A stretch of DNA of 64,000 bases from Bigelowiella natans CCMP2755 (Eukaryota; Protista; Cercozoa): positions 82,205 to 146,204 of the forward strand of contig ADNK01001434.1 in NCBI GenBank assembly GCA_000320545.1. The letters run 5' to 3'. Every line of letters begins with the position of its first letter. Position 1 is the stretch's first letter. This document shows, in pieces, positions 11,943-25,188 of the stretch. Under the pieces are notes generated by a model, which ran no database searches, had not been told where the DNA came from, and saw nothing but the letters and a program-made list of their open reading frames with translations. A program made the position numbers and the translations under genes.

Positions 11943-14624
11943 CACAACTACTGAGTACAGGCAAGGTAGAAATGACCAACTTTTTCGAATGCGGTTTCGT
12001 CAATCTTCTCCGTTTTCTGGAAAAGATGTTGGAGGGGCGGGATTTCGTATGCGATATCCGTCAAGGCCTTAAACTTTTTAGAAAATAAGTTATAATCTGT
12101 TTCATCGTCCGTCTCCACAGATCGTTTCGCTGCTGTTTTTACTGCGAAGGCATAGCTGCCTTCGTCTTCCACCTTTTCCTCCCTTAAAAGAGCGTTAGCC
12201 CATTTTATCTTCTCCTCCATTTCCTTCTTCTGTGATGATGATCATGAAAATAGTAGGAAAAAGGGAAGGGTTACGAATGAGAAAGCACTGGCAGACAGGG
12301 CACTAAATGAGTAATTTTGTAGAAGTAAATGAAAGTAGAATCTCTTCGGGGTGTTCTTTTTGTTTGGAGCTGATGGATGCTTGCTGGCTTACTTACAGGA
12401 GAAAATGGTTTCCTGCCTTTTAGTGTTTGGTGCGACATAATTTTTCCGATATCAGCTCTCTCGGACGGGTCCCACGCAAGCATTTCATACAATAAGTCCA
12501 TATCTTCCTCGAATTTATACACTTTTACATCCCAATTCCTATCTTCTTGCTTCGCCTCCTTCTGCAACTCTTCCACGTCCCTGGTAGCCAGCGAGAGAGA
12601 GAGGGAGGGGGAGAGGGGAAGAGGTTAGGCTCGCTCATTTTCTATGGTATTTAATGTCGTTGACGCTTACCCCATGCTGTAGCACGTCCTCGTGTTATAG
12701 CGTCCAAGTGGATGCAAATGTAGCACCATTGGAAACCCCACAAATTGCTTCGATTTGAGGTAATCGTGAATGTGTTTCACTGAGAAGAAAATGAAGACGA
12801 AGAATTACGATCCTAGCCGGTCTGCTATGGAGCCGCAATGTGAAAATGGTGATGATCACTAAGATGGCGAGAATGAAACGGTGATGACGGTTGGTGAGTA
12901 ATGATGAGACATGCAGCAGTTTCTTCTTAATTGACTTACATGGGAATTGAGCTCGGTGTTTCACTCGATTTTTCCGAATCAACTGTTTGAAAACAGTATT
13001 CCAGAAAGACTTCTTATCCCCCTTCTTTAGATATTCCTGGAGACTATCCACGTCCTCGTGGCCGCGAAAGAGTTGGAACCGGTACTTCATTGCAAAAAAA
13101 AGGCACCCAGAGCTGAATATATCAACTTTGTAGTCGTAAGGTTTCCTGATTAATGATTGATGACGACAGCATATTCATCAGTAGACCATGAGGGGAATGT
13201 AGTACTTCTAGCTCCTTTCTTGGTGTCATTATCGAACAGTTTCAATTAACTTCCTAAGACATCTACCAGGTCATTACGTTCGTCCATTCATAAAAGATTG
13301 TATGGTGTGATCATCATTATTCGTCCCCGTCATCATCGTCATCATCATCATAATCTTTCATCAAACTGACGGGGAACACATTTTGCGAAGAACGGGTCCT
13401 TTGCCACCGTTTCCTTGACTTTCGCCGTGATTTTGGCCCCTGTGCACGCAACAACAACAACAATAATCACCACACACGCACACATGCACACACATGCATA
13501 TACATTCGTCATTGTAAAGAAAGGAACAACAAGCTGACAGATATAATAGTTGCACTCTCTGTGCGTGGAGCCAGAGTTTGTGTACACAGCAAAGGCATGA
13601 CTTTGGTACTTTTGCTAATTCTCCTCCCCCTTGCACCCCCCTTCCTCTGATGATACATATCTTCAAGCAGCATTCAATGGTTAAAAGCTTGCTCTCGACT
13701 TACCTAATTTTTTTGTGTTCAATAACTTCGGGTGCCATATAGCCCGGGGTTCCCACATATCCTTCGGCCTTCTCTTCTTTAAACACGCAGCTCCCAAAAT
13801 CTCCGACTTTCAGTATGAAATCCGCTCCAATCAAGGTATTGCTGAGCTTTATGTCCCTGTGGATAATCCCCTTTTTTTTCATAAATTTGAGTGCCTCCAC
13901 AAGCTGTCGCCGGTACTCCTGGACTAGTTTTTCGCTTAATGTTGCGCACCTTAAGAAGTCGGAGAGATTGCCATGTTCGCAAACCTCAAGTGGGAGGTAC
14001 ACAGGTAAAGACTGTTTACCGTTCTTGTGAGTGAATATATATTCGCCGTGTCGTCGTCCGTTAATGATATATTGGCAGGGCTCGAGCTCGGATAAAGCTC
14101 TCCACTCTCTTTCAACATCCCTGCGAAAAAGAGAGTGGGCTTAGAACGATGCTGCCACACGTGTCTCGAGCACCGTTTATTTAATTTTAAAATTTACTGA
14201 AATCGCAAATAAACTCGGAGCAGCATTGTGGTTGAAGAGTTATATCTCCCCTCCCCCCGCCCATCTCGTTACGGGCTGACTATCCTCACCGTTTTCTATT
14301 CCTGTTCCATTGGACTTTAAGAGCAACGTTAAATGTTCTGGAAATTTTATCATACATTAAAAACATCTTTCCATTTCTGTCGTTGTCAAAAGACCAATTG
14401 AATCAACTTATCCACAACACACACCTGTTTTCTACTTTACACGTAGCCAAGTAAACTCGGCCAAAGCTGCCCTTCCCTAGATGTTGTTTGAGTTCGAAAT
14501 TTCCCAATCTCCGTTTCATATTTTCAAAAGTCACGGCATTCTGAAACTCCTCTGGCTCCTCTTCCTCCATGTTTCCTTTAGCGTCCTCCGTTGTCTCTTC
14601 GTCTACTTCCATCTTATCGCTCAT
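11156..14624 (-). CDS. Ser/Thr protein kinase with C-terminal KA1-like domain
   Basis: Kinase motifs in order: LGKGSFGRVY, VALK, DVEREWRAL, LEVCEHGNL, IIHRDIKLSN, VGDFG, GTPGYMAPE, YDYKVDIFSSG, MLAWDPSER. The last exon (11156-11350) reads IIEIRNLGNGNSDDFQKFYEALKANF, resembling the KA1 C-terminal motif. The linker exons between 11400 and 12000 are not fully resolved. Confidence 0.85.
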
Positions 14625-14949
14625 CTTGTATTCGTTGCTCGTTCTGGCGTAAGATAGGTCGGTGGACCTGATCGGACTACTATGTCAAGCGCTCAACTAC
14701 GAGTATTTCGTAGATCTAGATGTGATGTATGGGAACTCAGGACAGATCGTAGAGCCGCTTTATTATTTAAAATCTCGACGTTCGCCTCGCCTCCTGAGCG
14801 ACAACCAAAAAAAACGACATGCACTGCGACATACCTACTAGCTTGTCGCAGAAGAAGAGAACCATCCGTAACACTAATTTACGACCCGGAACTACAGGGC
14901 AGATCAGGTGATAAATGGTACATGTGTTTGGAGACTCGCTCGATACGTC

Positions 14950-15130
14950 ATACCTTCTCGGCCTTTTGGCTAAGATCAAGTGTAGTATCTGTTCTTATCA
15001 GCTTAATCTCTGATACGCGGCCCACTGGGTCGCTTCAAGATTAAACTTATTTTTGAGCCGTGAGGAGCCACCATAGCTAGCTATGGCCTTCTCGTAAGTG
15101 GCCTCGGTCTTGCACCTTTCAACCGAGTGC
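14950..15130 (+). ncRNA. U2: U2 spliceosomal snRNA
   Basis: The 5' sequence ATACCTTCTCGGCCTTTTGGCTAAGATCAAGTGTAGTATCTGTTCTTATCAG matches the conserved U2 5' end and includes the GUAGUA branch-recognition motif. Sm site ATTTTTG at ~15049-15055. Stem-loop IV reads ctcggt-cttgcacctttca-accgag. Confidence 0.97.
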
Positions 15131-15547
15131 TGCTGGTACCTACGGGTACCCCCCAACAAACCCAAATATTTAACCTGAAACTGAATCTAGACCACAATTC
15201 TTCAAGAATCATAATAATAATTCACATGAACATGATCTTCTGTCGGTGCTCCTGGAAAACCGAGGGATTTGGTTGTCCAATTTTCGGGCAGAAAGACCCG
15301 TGGTTTTAGCAGACTCCAAGTGACTTTATGTTGTCGCAACAAAGTATACGAGGAGGTATAGCCGTTTGATGGAAGGTTCTGGGAACGTAGTAAAGTTTTG
15401 GGAAAATTCTTGCAACGACATTCTGTTGCCCGGTGCTCGGTTTTAACACTGTCATCGCAGACTGAGATTAGCCATCAGAGGTTCCCTCCCCCTCTACACA
15501 AGTATTAATGGATTTTGAACTTCTGGTTTATTTTTTTATGCGGTCAG

Positions 15548-16485
15548 ATGGGAGACAAAGAAGAAGGTCAAGTTGCACGCAGGCAAGCGAACGGAGGAGG
15601 CGAGTTCTTATATCGTGTGGTTGAGGTAGATCAGTCGACTACAGAAGTACTCTGCTCCTTGTATTACACAATCATGCTCATACGATATTTTACTAGCAAA
15701 TGCAGGAGAGGAGTAATGCGTTCTAAAACCAGTGAAAGGATCACTATGTGATTCGATTGTGTTAACTTCGTGGCTCTTCCTTAGTATGCTCAATCCTGGA
15801 ATGACCGCGCTGCACTGCCATCCGTCTGTAAGAGCTGGTACGCTTGGCTCAATTCTGGAGCCAAAGGTAGGAAGCATGAGGGCTATTCATAAGTGCAGAA
15901 CGGGGGAAAGGGGGGAAGGAGAACGACTGACGGATAGTAGCGCTCGACGGCCCAAATACCTGCCTTTCGCATGCACATGCATCTATTATGTTGTGATAGT
16001 CATCATTTTCGTGTTGAGAGGGTGTAGTCCTATCATCTAAAATGTGCTTCATTATTTGGGTTGATTCAGATGGAAAGATGTGGCGCGTTCTTTGCGGATG
16101 CTTGGAACGTGAGGGTTGGGCGTCCATCGAGCACTTCGCCCATAAAGGAGGGAAGCACGATCTGAAATTCAATTTCCTTAAACTGTTTCACATGCGCAAT
16201 ATGATCGAGGTGGGTAAATGGAGTAAACGCGTTTTCTTGTATGTTTACGTCTACAAAGGAATACCACTGTCGTCATGCTTGACGTAGAGTAGAAAAGGAC
16301 GATGTAGTTGTAAGCACAGGCACAGCGTGTATGGTACAGTGCGTGATAGAAGTCATTTTTGTCCCACTCCCCTCCACTATAATTCTTCCCTCAGAGAAAA
16401 GGCGACAGCAAGTTCTCTATGCATGTCGCTGTTCGATTCCGCCCTGAACGGAAAGTGAAGGTGGGAGCTGGATCACTACTAACAT

Positions 16486-16519
<34 letters not shown>

Positions 16520-18883
16520 ATACACTCACACACACATGGAGTTGAAAGATACCAAATGCGATGCTTTCTCTCTCACAGGATGACGGAAAACACTCGTCGT
16601 TGGCAAGTGGAGCTGTCATAATCCCACTGTAAGTAAACGTGAGCCAGCAGATTTAACAAAGAACTGTTGTCTCAGCACAGATATTCATCATTTATCGAAG
16701 TTGCTTCGAGTCATCATGCATGGAACGCATAGACATGTGTCATATTTTGACAACAGTAAAAAGAATGACAATCATGAAATTCATTCTCCGTCGGAACTTT
16801 CAGCATCTGCTAACGAGCTGACGTTTTCCTTTGTCGGTCTTCTTTTCCTTTGTCGGTCTTCTTTTGCGTCGTCGTTACGAACAACAAGGCATCAGCGACT
16901 GCAGATGTTGAAGGCAACGACACGCAATAAGTCGGAGCTTAACGCCAAGATGAAGCGACAATTAGGAGGAACAGGAAGGAAGAAGAAAGGCAAAAAAAAA
17001 AAATAGCAATAGTTAGTAAACAAAAAGAGATAGATATCGCCACCCGGAACAGTAACATATTAAATATCTGTCACGGTTCATCAGTAACATTAGTTATTTT
17101 GCCCCTTCCCCCCCCCTTCCGTTCTTCCCCTTTCCACTCTCTCTTTCCCCTCCCCCCCCCTCTGTGATCCATTTCATCATTCCTGGACATCAAAAGACAC
17201 GATCGTTGTGCTCCATAAGAAGGACAATCACCACAATAACAACAACAACAAAACAAACCCAGAATCAACAGCCGCCGTCCACTGTGATGATAGTGGTGGC
17301 GCTAAAAGCAGCAGTAGTAGCAGCAGTAGCGGTGATGCTCAACCTCAACTTCGTCGTCGTGAGGAGGACGTCTCCAACTCCGAGGATGATGGTAAAAACC
17401 CCGGTGATCATAAGGATAACGTCCATGCGCGGACGCACGCGATGGCGCGCGTTGTATCCATCGACCCAAGTGCTAAGCAGGTACTAGAAGAAGAAGAAGT
17501 AGTAGTAGTCGGAGTAGTAGTAGCTGCGTAGAAAAGAAGTCCATAGGACACAATAGCGACGGGGATGGGTTATGATAGAGATAATAATGATAAATATAAA
17601 TGGGGGAAAAAAAAATTAATGATAATAGTGATGCTAGTAATGGTGGCGGTTTTGGCAGGTCGTGATGCTCGCCAAAGGCGTGGGATTGCGCGGATTTGAT
17701 TACGACTGTGTGATGAACGAGGAGACGAGTCAGGTAAAGGACAGACAGCAAGGGGGGGGTCACAATTTCCTTGGAACTAACACGCCAGCTCTCTACTACC
17801 GGACGTCATGATTACGATAATAGTATTGATGATATGTGGTGAGGGATGGTAACTGCTATCCAATAATATATATACACATATATTACCGATGCTGTTCGTT
17901 TTCGACATCAGGCTGCAGCATATTCCAAATGCGCTGGGAGTCTTGTGAGCGACTTTCTCAACGGTGTTACTAGTAACCTCTCATCAACCTTTGGCTTTAT
18001 TTTCCAGCGACGCGGCATTTCTAGTGTCTGTCATTATAGTCTTGCACTTCTTCTTCATCATCGTGATCCAAATCATAACCGCGCACTCTCAGGGTTCAAT
18101 GCTGCGCTATTCGTATACGGACAGACAGGCACGTGCCTTCTCAATTGTCTCGATAAATTGACACAGCACACAACGCACTACACTTTTTATTCATGCACAT
18201 AGAAGCAACCGTGAAAACTATTGAGAATTCACGTATCAGTGATAATGACGTCGTCTTTCCCCCACATTCGCACCTCGCTAACGCATGCGTCTTATCCCCT
18301 CCCTCCAACCCCCCCCTTTTTTTTTAAAACCACATAGGTTCTGGAAAGACGCATACGATGTTTGGTCCTGAAAGAAGTGGCGAGGACGATGGCTCCGACG
18401 GAGAAACGGTACATCCATAGCACTTACACATAAGGCCAAGCTTATCGACTACCAGCGTTCGATGAATATATGCCTCCCCCACCTCACTGCTACTCTCCTA
18501 CTCTTGCTGGCGGCTGGGGGTGTGCTGTTTTGCATTGTTGCTTGTATGGTGGTTGCGTAGAATGGGGTCGTCCATCGAGCATGTGAGCATATCATGGCAA
18601 AGATCCACCAGAGAAATAAGTACGGTTGCCAGGCCAAGGTAGAAGTAGTAGAATAGTGGTAGTCGATATTGGTTAATGCCTGTGCTGCCCATGTCGCTGC
18701 TGCAGCTAAGTTGCTTCCACGCCAACGAAATCTGAAGGAAGTAGTTCTTGCGCGGCCTCGTGTATAAATGAGGACACCGATGATGATCTTGGCTGTTGTT
18801 GTGAACCGCGCTATTACGCCGATGGGCCATCTCATTCCCTATCTGACACTTGCACACAATTGGTGATACGTAACACCTCGCAT

Positions 18884-18919
<36 letters not shown>

Positions 18920-19568
18920 GTGCATAGGTTGGAATATCGTACGTGGAAGTATACGGCGAGGAGGTCACCAACTTGCTCAAAAGCGGTAGCAGCAGCAGCA
19001 GCAGCAGCAGTAGTAGCACGGCGTGTTGTGACAGACCTATTCGTAGCCTGCAGCAGAGCAGAAAAGAAGCGAATAGCAAGCAGCGAGGAGGCAACTATGT
19101 GGGCGATGGTCAATCGAAAATAAGTTGATTTCACCAGAAACAACAACTAATCTTAGGCGAGCTGGTTTCGAGGAACAAAGCGGCGGCGCGCGAGTATGTG
19201 ATGAAGGTGCGATCCTCCTTCACAATCACAACAGCACAGTGAAGTCGATGCATGATAAGCCGCGCCTGTGATTGGTCCTTCTCGCCTGTTCGGAAGATCT
19301 CTAAATAAGCAGCTCAAGATACGTGGGGATCGTCCTCGTCACCATTGCAACCATCCTGCTGCGTTTCGATACGATATAATCGGCGAATTGAGAGCCTCAT
19401 TCCTTCATTCTTTCTCAATGTATTCTCCGTTCAGGGCCAAGCAGAGGCGAAAGTGGAAGATCTTCACCACCTGCACAAGCTTCTGCGCGAAGGGTGAATG
19501 AATCGCGTTTTTTGGCTGAAATTAAGAATCATAAGTGCAGTGAGTATGACCGCCATCAGTAAATGGGA

Positions 19569-19607
<39 letters not shown>

Positions 19608-19819
19608 ATAACGATGATGATGACGATGATGCTCGAAACAACTGTCGAAGTACTGTCATATTGAAAACAAATGAAGATGTCGTGGACGGCAAAGGATTAA
19701 GCATATCTCATTCTCACGGTTGATGATCGTGTCAGGGAGGTACAGAAGCGTCGTGCTGCAACTGCAATGAACGAGAGTAAGTGTAGCAATGCGCCTCTCG
19801 TTTCAACTTTGTTTTCTCA

Positions 19820-19857
<38 letters not shown>

Positions 19858-20288
19858 CTAGGGTCCTCCCGAGCGCATACTCTGCTGATTTTCAGGCTAC
19901 AGCAGGTAATATATGGTGCATTGTGTATTTGGAGTGAAATTGCAAATTCAGCACCTCTACACTCAGACAGGAAGGGCATGATTTAGAAGAACATACTACT
20001 TAGATTTCAATCATATATCCAATGGTTGCCGTGATAGCCTTTTTGAGTTATTTCTCTTTCCAATCTCTCCTTCTCCGATTCTTTCTACTCCTCCTATTCC
20101 CCCCCCCCCCTCTTCACCTGAAAGCTGCACCCAAAGACCAAAATGACGCTAGAGAGTCGTCTGATATTAGCGGATCTTGGGGGTGCGGAACAGGTGTGAT
20201 CTGATGGCTAAAACTCAGCTGCTGTGGCACTAGGAGGAGGGGGGGAGAGAGGGGTGGGGAGAGAAGGAGGCGGATAAGGAGGGGTGGA

Positions 20289-20347
<59 letters not shown>

Positions 20348-20726
20348 GGGAGAGAGAGAGAGAGTGTGTGTGTTTGTGTACTACAACTATTAGGATCCCC
20401 TGAGATGTAATGCCATGCACAGATCAAAGAGAGTAAAGTTTCTGGTGAGCGGCTGAAGGAGGCAGGTGTGATTAGATGGGATAGAAGAGAGAGAAGAAGA
20501 ACAAGAAGACTTTATGAGAAAATCTATTGTTGTAGAAGTCGTGGTCGATGAATTGTTGTTCAATCTCCTAAACGGCACTCCCCCCCCCATACACATACAC
20601 ACGCATGCACACATACATACAGAGAGATCTAGAGAAAGAGAGAGCGATAGAGAATAAATTCTTCTTCCTGCAGCTACATCATCCATAAATATACTCACTC
20701 ACACACATACACATATATAATATGAA

Positions 20727-20773
<47 letters not shown>

Positions 20774-21050
20774 AATTTATATTTTACATATGTACATGTG
20801 TGTGTGTGTGTATAATTTTTAGTATTTATCAATCTTGGCTTGCTGGCTCTTAAGCAGTGTATCGATGCATTGCAGAGAAGAGAGGTGAGTCGAGGCGATC
20901 GTCGCTTTTCAAACAATCTAAAAGTAGCGATAATGATGATAATGATGATTAATCAATGATGTGGATGACTTGACTGGAATGCTGCTTTGGGCGGTAATTT
21001 AGAATCATAATATCAAAAGCCGTCGATTGTTAGCTGCCGATGTGTGCGCG

Positions 21051-21090
<40 letters not shown>

Positions 21091-21127
21091 TTCTCGCCCC
21101 CTCTCTCTTCCATATACAGAGACATAC

Positions 21128-21159
<32 letters not shown>

Positions 21160-21500
21160 GCAGACTTACGTGCCATTTGGTGACTCGCAGCTGACGAAGC
21201 TTCTGAGTAATACTTATTAAGTAAGAATTAGAAAACAAAGAGGGTCTCTCAGGACGAGTTGGTCAATATTCTTGTGGTGAAAATATATAGATGAATGTCT
21301 ATAGCTCACCAGCTAAATGTTCGCTTCTCGGCGGCATGCATACCACATGCTTGCACACATTTGTATGTGCATTTTTTGTGTGTGTGTATGTGTGTGTGTA
21401 TGTGTGTAAGAGAGAGAGAGAGAGAGAGAAGGAAAGAGCCCATATTTATACATAACATATCTTATTAGGTGCATCTCTTGGGGGAAACAGTAAATCTGGT

Positions 21501-21539
<39 letters not shown>

Positions 21540-22208
21540 TTAATATTGTTTGTGTCTCAACCCTCCCTGCATTTCTTTTTACTTGCCCAAATATGTAATC
21601 ATATGCACATACTTCAACACATAACTCATTACCTCTTATATATACTGAGAATGATGTTTGGCATGATATTATGACACCTTATAAGGAGTGATTATATGCG
21701 CGAGCAAAGCGCCTGTCGACTCGACGATGACAATGGAAGCTTTGAGATTTGGCGAGAGGTAGGCAGTCCCTCTCCCAGTCATCATTGCGGACTATAGAGC
21801 AAATTCCTCCATCATCAACAATACTCTTTAGCGAGTAGAGACATTTGCATGTTTGTGGGTCAAATATTTGTCCGGGGAGTTGTTCGCGAAGGTCTATACC
21901 TTTGCTAAGGACTGCAGGCTGCGACTTTCATTGTTATCATATTATCATATTAATGAATGCTGTTGATAATATGGGCGACGGTTGTGTCGTCACTGAAGGT
22001 CTTGGTCATTATTATTGTAGGAAGCAATTTATGATTTCAGACGACCGAGTGTTGCTCATTCTTCTCTCTGTTCATTTTCCCTCCTCTTCCTCTCTCTCTC
22101 TCTCCCCCCCCCCCTTATTCAGTTGTCGACAAATCGAAAGTAGTGCCTCACAGGCCAAGGGAATTGCGTTGAGGTGTGTTAATGGATGTTTATGCGTGTG
22201 TATGTGTC

Positions 22209-22250
<42 letters not shown>

Positions 22251-22949
22251 ACTTCTGACCTCTTATATCATCTCCTCTTCCTTGCAATTTGCATACGTTT
22301 GTGTACCTTTCACACTGCACTGAGCAGCGTCATGGAGCGGCTCAACCGCCAGATTCAGGAGTGTGAGGCCGCCATCAAAAAGAAAGAGCGCTGGGAAAAC
22401 AGAAAGGTACCATCAAATGCATTCTGTTCTAAACATGCTGTTCTTCATGGATCATTCCTTTCTTGCAGCGAATTGGTACGCTGTCTGTTGGCTTGCAGTC
22501 GCAGCCACGATTTTGAATATCTTCAGATCAATTGCTACTACTACTTTCCTATTATCATACTCCTAATGTGCTGCTAGGTGGAGCAAATGGACGCGATTGA
22601 GGGCAAGCAGGTACACACACGCGTGCGCATGCACACAAACAGTTTACCACCCCACTGAAACGTGCACACTCTTGCTTGTGTAGAGAGCTCCACAGAACTG
22701 ATCGGAATTATCATATCGCTGAGATGGCCCCCACCCCACCCCTTCCTTCCCTCCCACTCCCTAGGTGTTTGTCCAGTCATATCTGGCTGGTGCCGAGGAA
22801 GAGCGGAAACAGCTTACGGTAGCATTGAACCACATGATTATGATGGAAATATATGTCTCAATATGCGTCTTAAGTGATTTTCTTCCTATATTATCCGACG
22901 CACCATTTAGGCACTTTTGGCCAAGCGCAATGCATTGCTAGGAATGTGA
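15548..22949 (+). CDS. Kinesin motor protein with N-terminal F-box-like motif and short C-terminal coiled coil (>20 exons)
   Basis: Spliced in phase: EFLYRVVE|YAQSWNDRAALPSVCKSWYAWL..KMWRVLC..|..MHVAVRFRP. Then FDYDCVM, NGFNAALFVYGQTGSGKTHTM, ISYVEVYGEEVTNLL, RAATAMNERSSRAH, LILADLGGAEQ, EAVFINLGLLAL, YVPFGDSQLTKLL, SLGGNSKS, TMEALRFGE, and the end ALLAKRNALLGM* (TGA 22947-22949). Confidence 0.9.
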
Positions 22950-23567
22950 TGACCACCAGCAAAGGACTTACCGAAAGCATTTTATCTTCTGGTTTGCTCC
23001 AGGACGCGCGGGATCTGAACCAAACCGATTTCTTGAAGCGCCATGAAAACATGTTTGTTTGCTACATGCGCCACACACATGCTAGCATGAGTTACTTATT
23101 GTTACAGCAATAAATAGATTTACACGCAGATTTCAGCGTGAAATGTGGCACATCACCACGCTCTAGTGCTATAGAAACAACATAGCGACGGCTGGCTAGT
23201 GCAGGGCAAAACTTCATCGTTGATCGACTTCGCTGGCGCTCACGTCTAGCTAGCTAGACGTGCATGCTAGCATGTATATGCATTACAAGCTTGCAAGACG
23301 CTCGATTGCAGCGCGTTTGTGCATGGATGTTAGCTTGTGATGCTACACCGCATAGCATTATTGCTTGGCATGCGCCATAGGTACTCATCTAGGACATACA
23401 CATTGCATTGAAGCGCACATTGACTTGCACGCTCTAGCTAGCTAGCGCTGAGCGATGAAACTTACGTACGCTATATTACTTAGATAATATGTTTTCTTCG
23501 AATTCAAGTGTTTCATACTACTACTTTTTTTCTTTAAAATTTTAAACAAATGGTTTCATCTCGTTCA

Positions 23568-25155
23568 TCAGTTCTCATTATTGCTAATTTTCCTTCTTCT
23601 TCTTTCCACTTTTCATAGAGTTTTCATCACCATCGCCGCCAAATTCGCTCATGATTTCGCTCGCAATAGGCCCAAACCACTTGACCGACAGGCACCTTAC
23701 CAGTTATTACGACGACGACGACGAATGCGCGAATCATCACAAAATCAATACCGACTCGAGAAAGCAAGGGGTAGCGTTGCTGCTGTGGCTGTATAGTCAT
23801 GAGAAACTCCAAACAAAAATGAACTGAAGAAACCTTACTGGCATCTCAGAGCATCATATTTTGGCGATGGAAATATGCAAGGCTTGCGAATAGTGAAATG
23901 CGTGTGTCAAGACTTTTATTTCTATTACTATTGCTACTATAAACTACTACCACTACCACTGCTGCTACTACTCCTACTACGGCAACTACTGGTGCTAATG
24001 CTACTACCATATTATGAGGGTCGTCGCTGGGTACACCACCATTTCAAACATACTCACACCTGATTAGTAGTAGTATCGATTAGAAGAAGAAGATGATGAT
24101 GTTGATGAAGACGACGACGACGACAACGACGATGATGATGGGGCTATTATCATCCCAGCACCGCCATAACAGTGTCGCTGTCCGTATACCTTGAGCGTAC
24201 ATCGGGTGGTGGTAGTAGTCGTTGAGAAACAGCGCCAGCCACAGTGGGAAAGCAATCAGCCGTGTCGCAATCCAGGAGACCGCCAGCGCGAGGAGATTGA
24301 CTCTGTACAGAGCCCCTTTGGCGATTCCGAAGTCCCGGTACAAGAACTACGTGCACAACAACCGCAGCAGCAGCAGCAGCAGCAGCAGGTACCAGTAAAA
24401 GCAAATAATGTGTCAGAGAGCAGGCAAGCAGAAGGCAATTTTCGGAAGGATTTATCAACACCACTAACAGGGGGAGAGAGTCGTCCGGACTGTGGGGTTG
24501 CGCGAGGGAGTGAGCGAGCGCATGCGCGCGCGCGTTTGTGTGTGTGTGTGTGCGAGGTAGAAGGCTTGGTGAGAGAAAAGAAGAAAGAAAGGCTCGAAGC
24601 TCCGTCTCAGTATGAATCAAAAAAATTGGGGGCAAATAAGCACACAAGTGGAGTGTGAAACCTTGTTGTTGAGGAAGATGATCGAGATTTCGCACATTCC
24701 GTCCATCGCGCCAAAGAAGTGAAGCCGATCTGCACGCAGTGAGGTGCTTCAAGATTGCTCATTACTTTTTGCTTTAGTAGTTATACACCGCAGGTAGCAG
24801 AAATAGGAAAGCAGGTTGTTTGTTTAACATTATTGGTCCTTACGGAGGAACAGGCCTACAGCGAAGCACGAAATGCTTATGACGTGGTGTATGTGAATAA
24901 GCCACATTCCCTGTCGATTAGGAAGAAGAAGAGGAAGAAGATGAAGAAGAAGAAGAAACGGGTTACGAATGGGCACAGCACAACGATCTAATCTATAGCT
25001 TCAAAGGGCCCAGAACCATCGATCGAAGTGCTATTGCGAGCAATGTAACCACTACCTTTTTTTTGTCCCCGAGAAGGACCGAAGAGACGGAGCGCATAAA
25101 ATTCTTTGCGATGTAAAGCACCTGAAAAGAATCTGTCAGTAAGCATACACACACA

Positions 25156-25188
<33 letters not shown>

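Noticed and set aside
13700-14002. Polo-like kinase assignment from HRDIKLSN
   Set aside because: No polo-box is visible and the C-terminus looks KA1-like, so the family is left unassigned.
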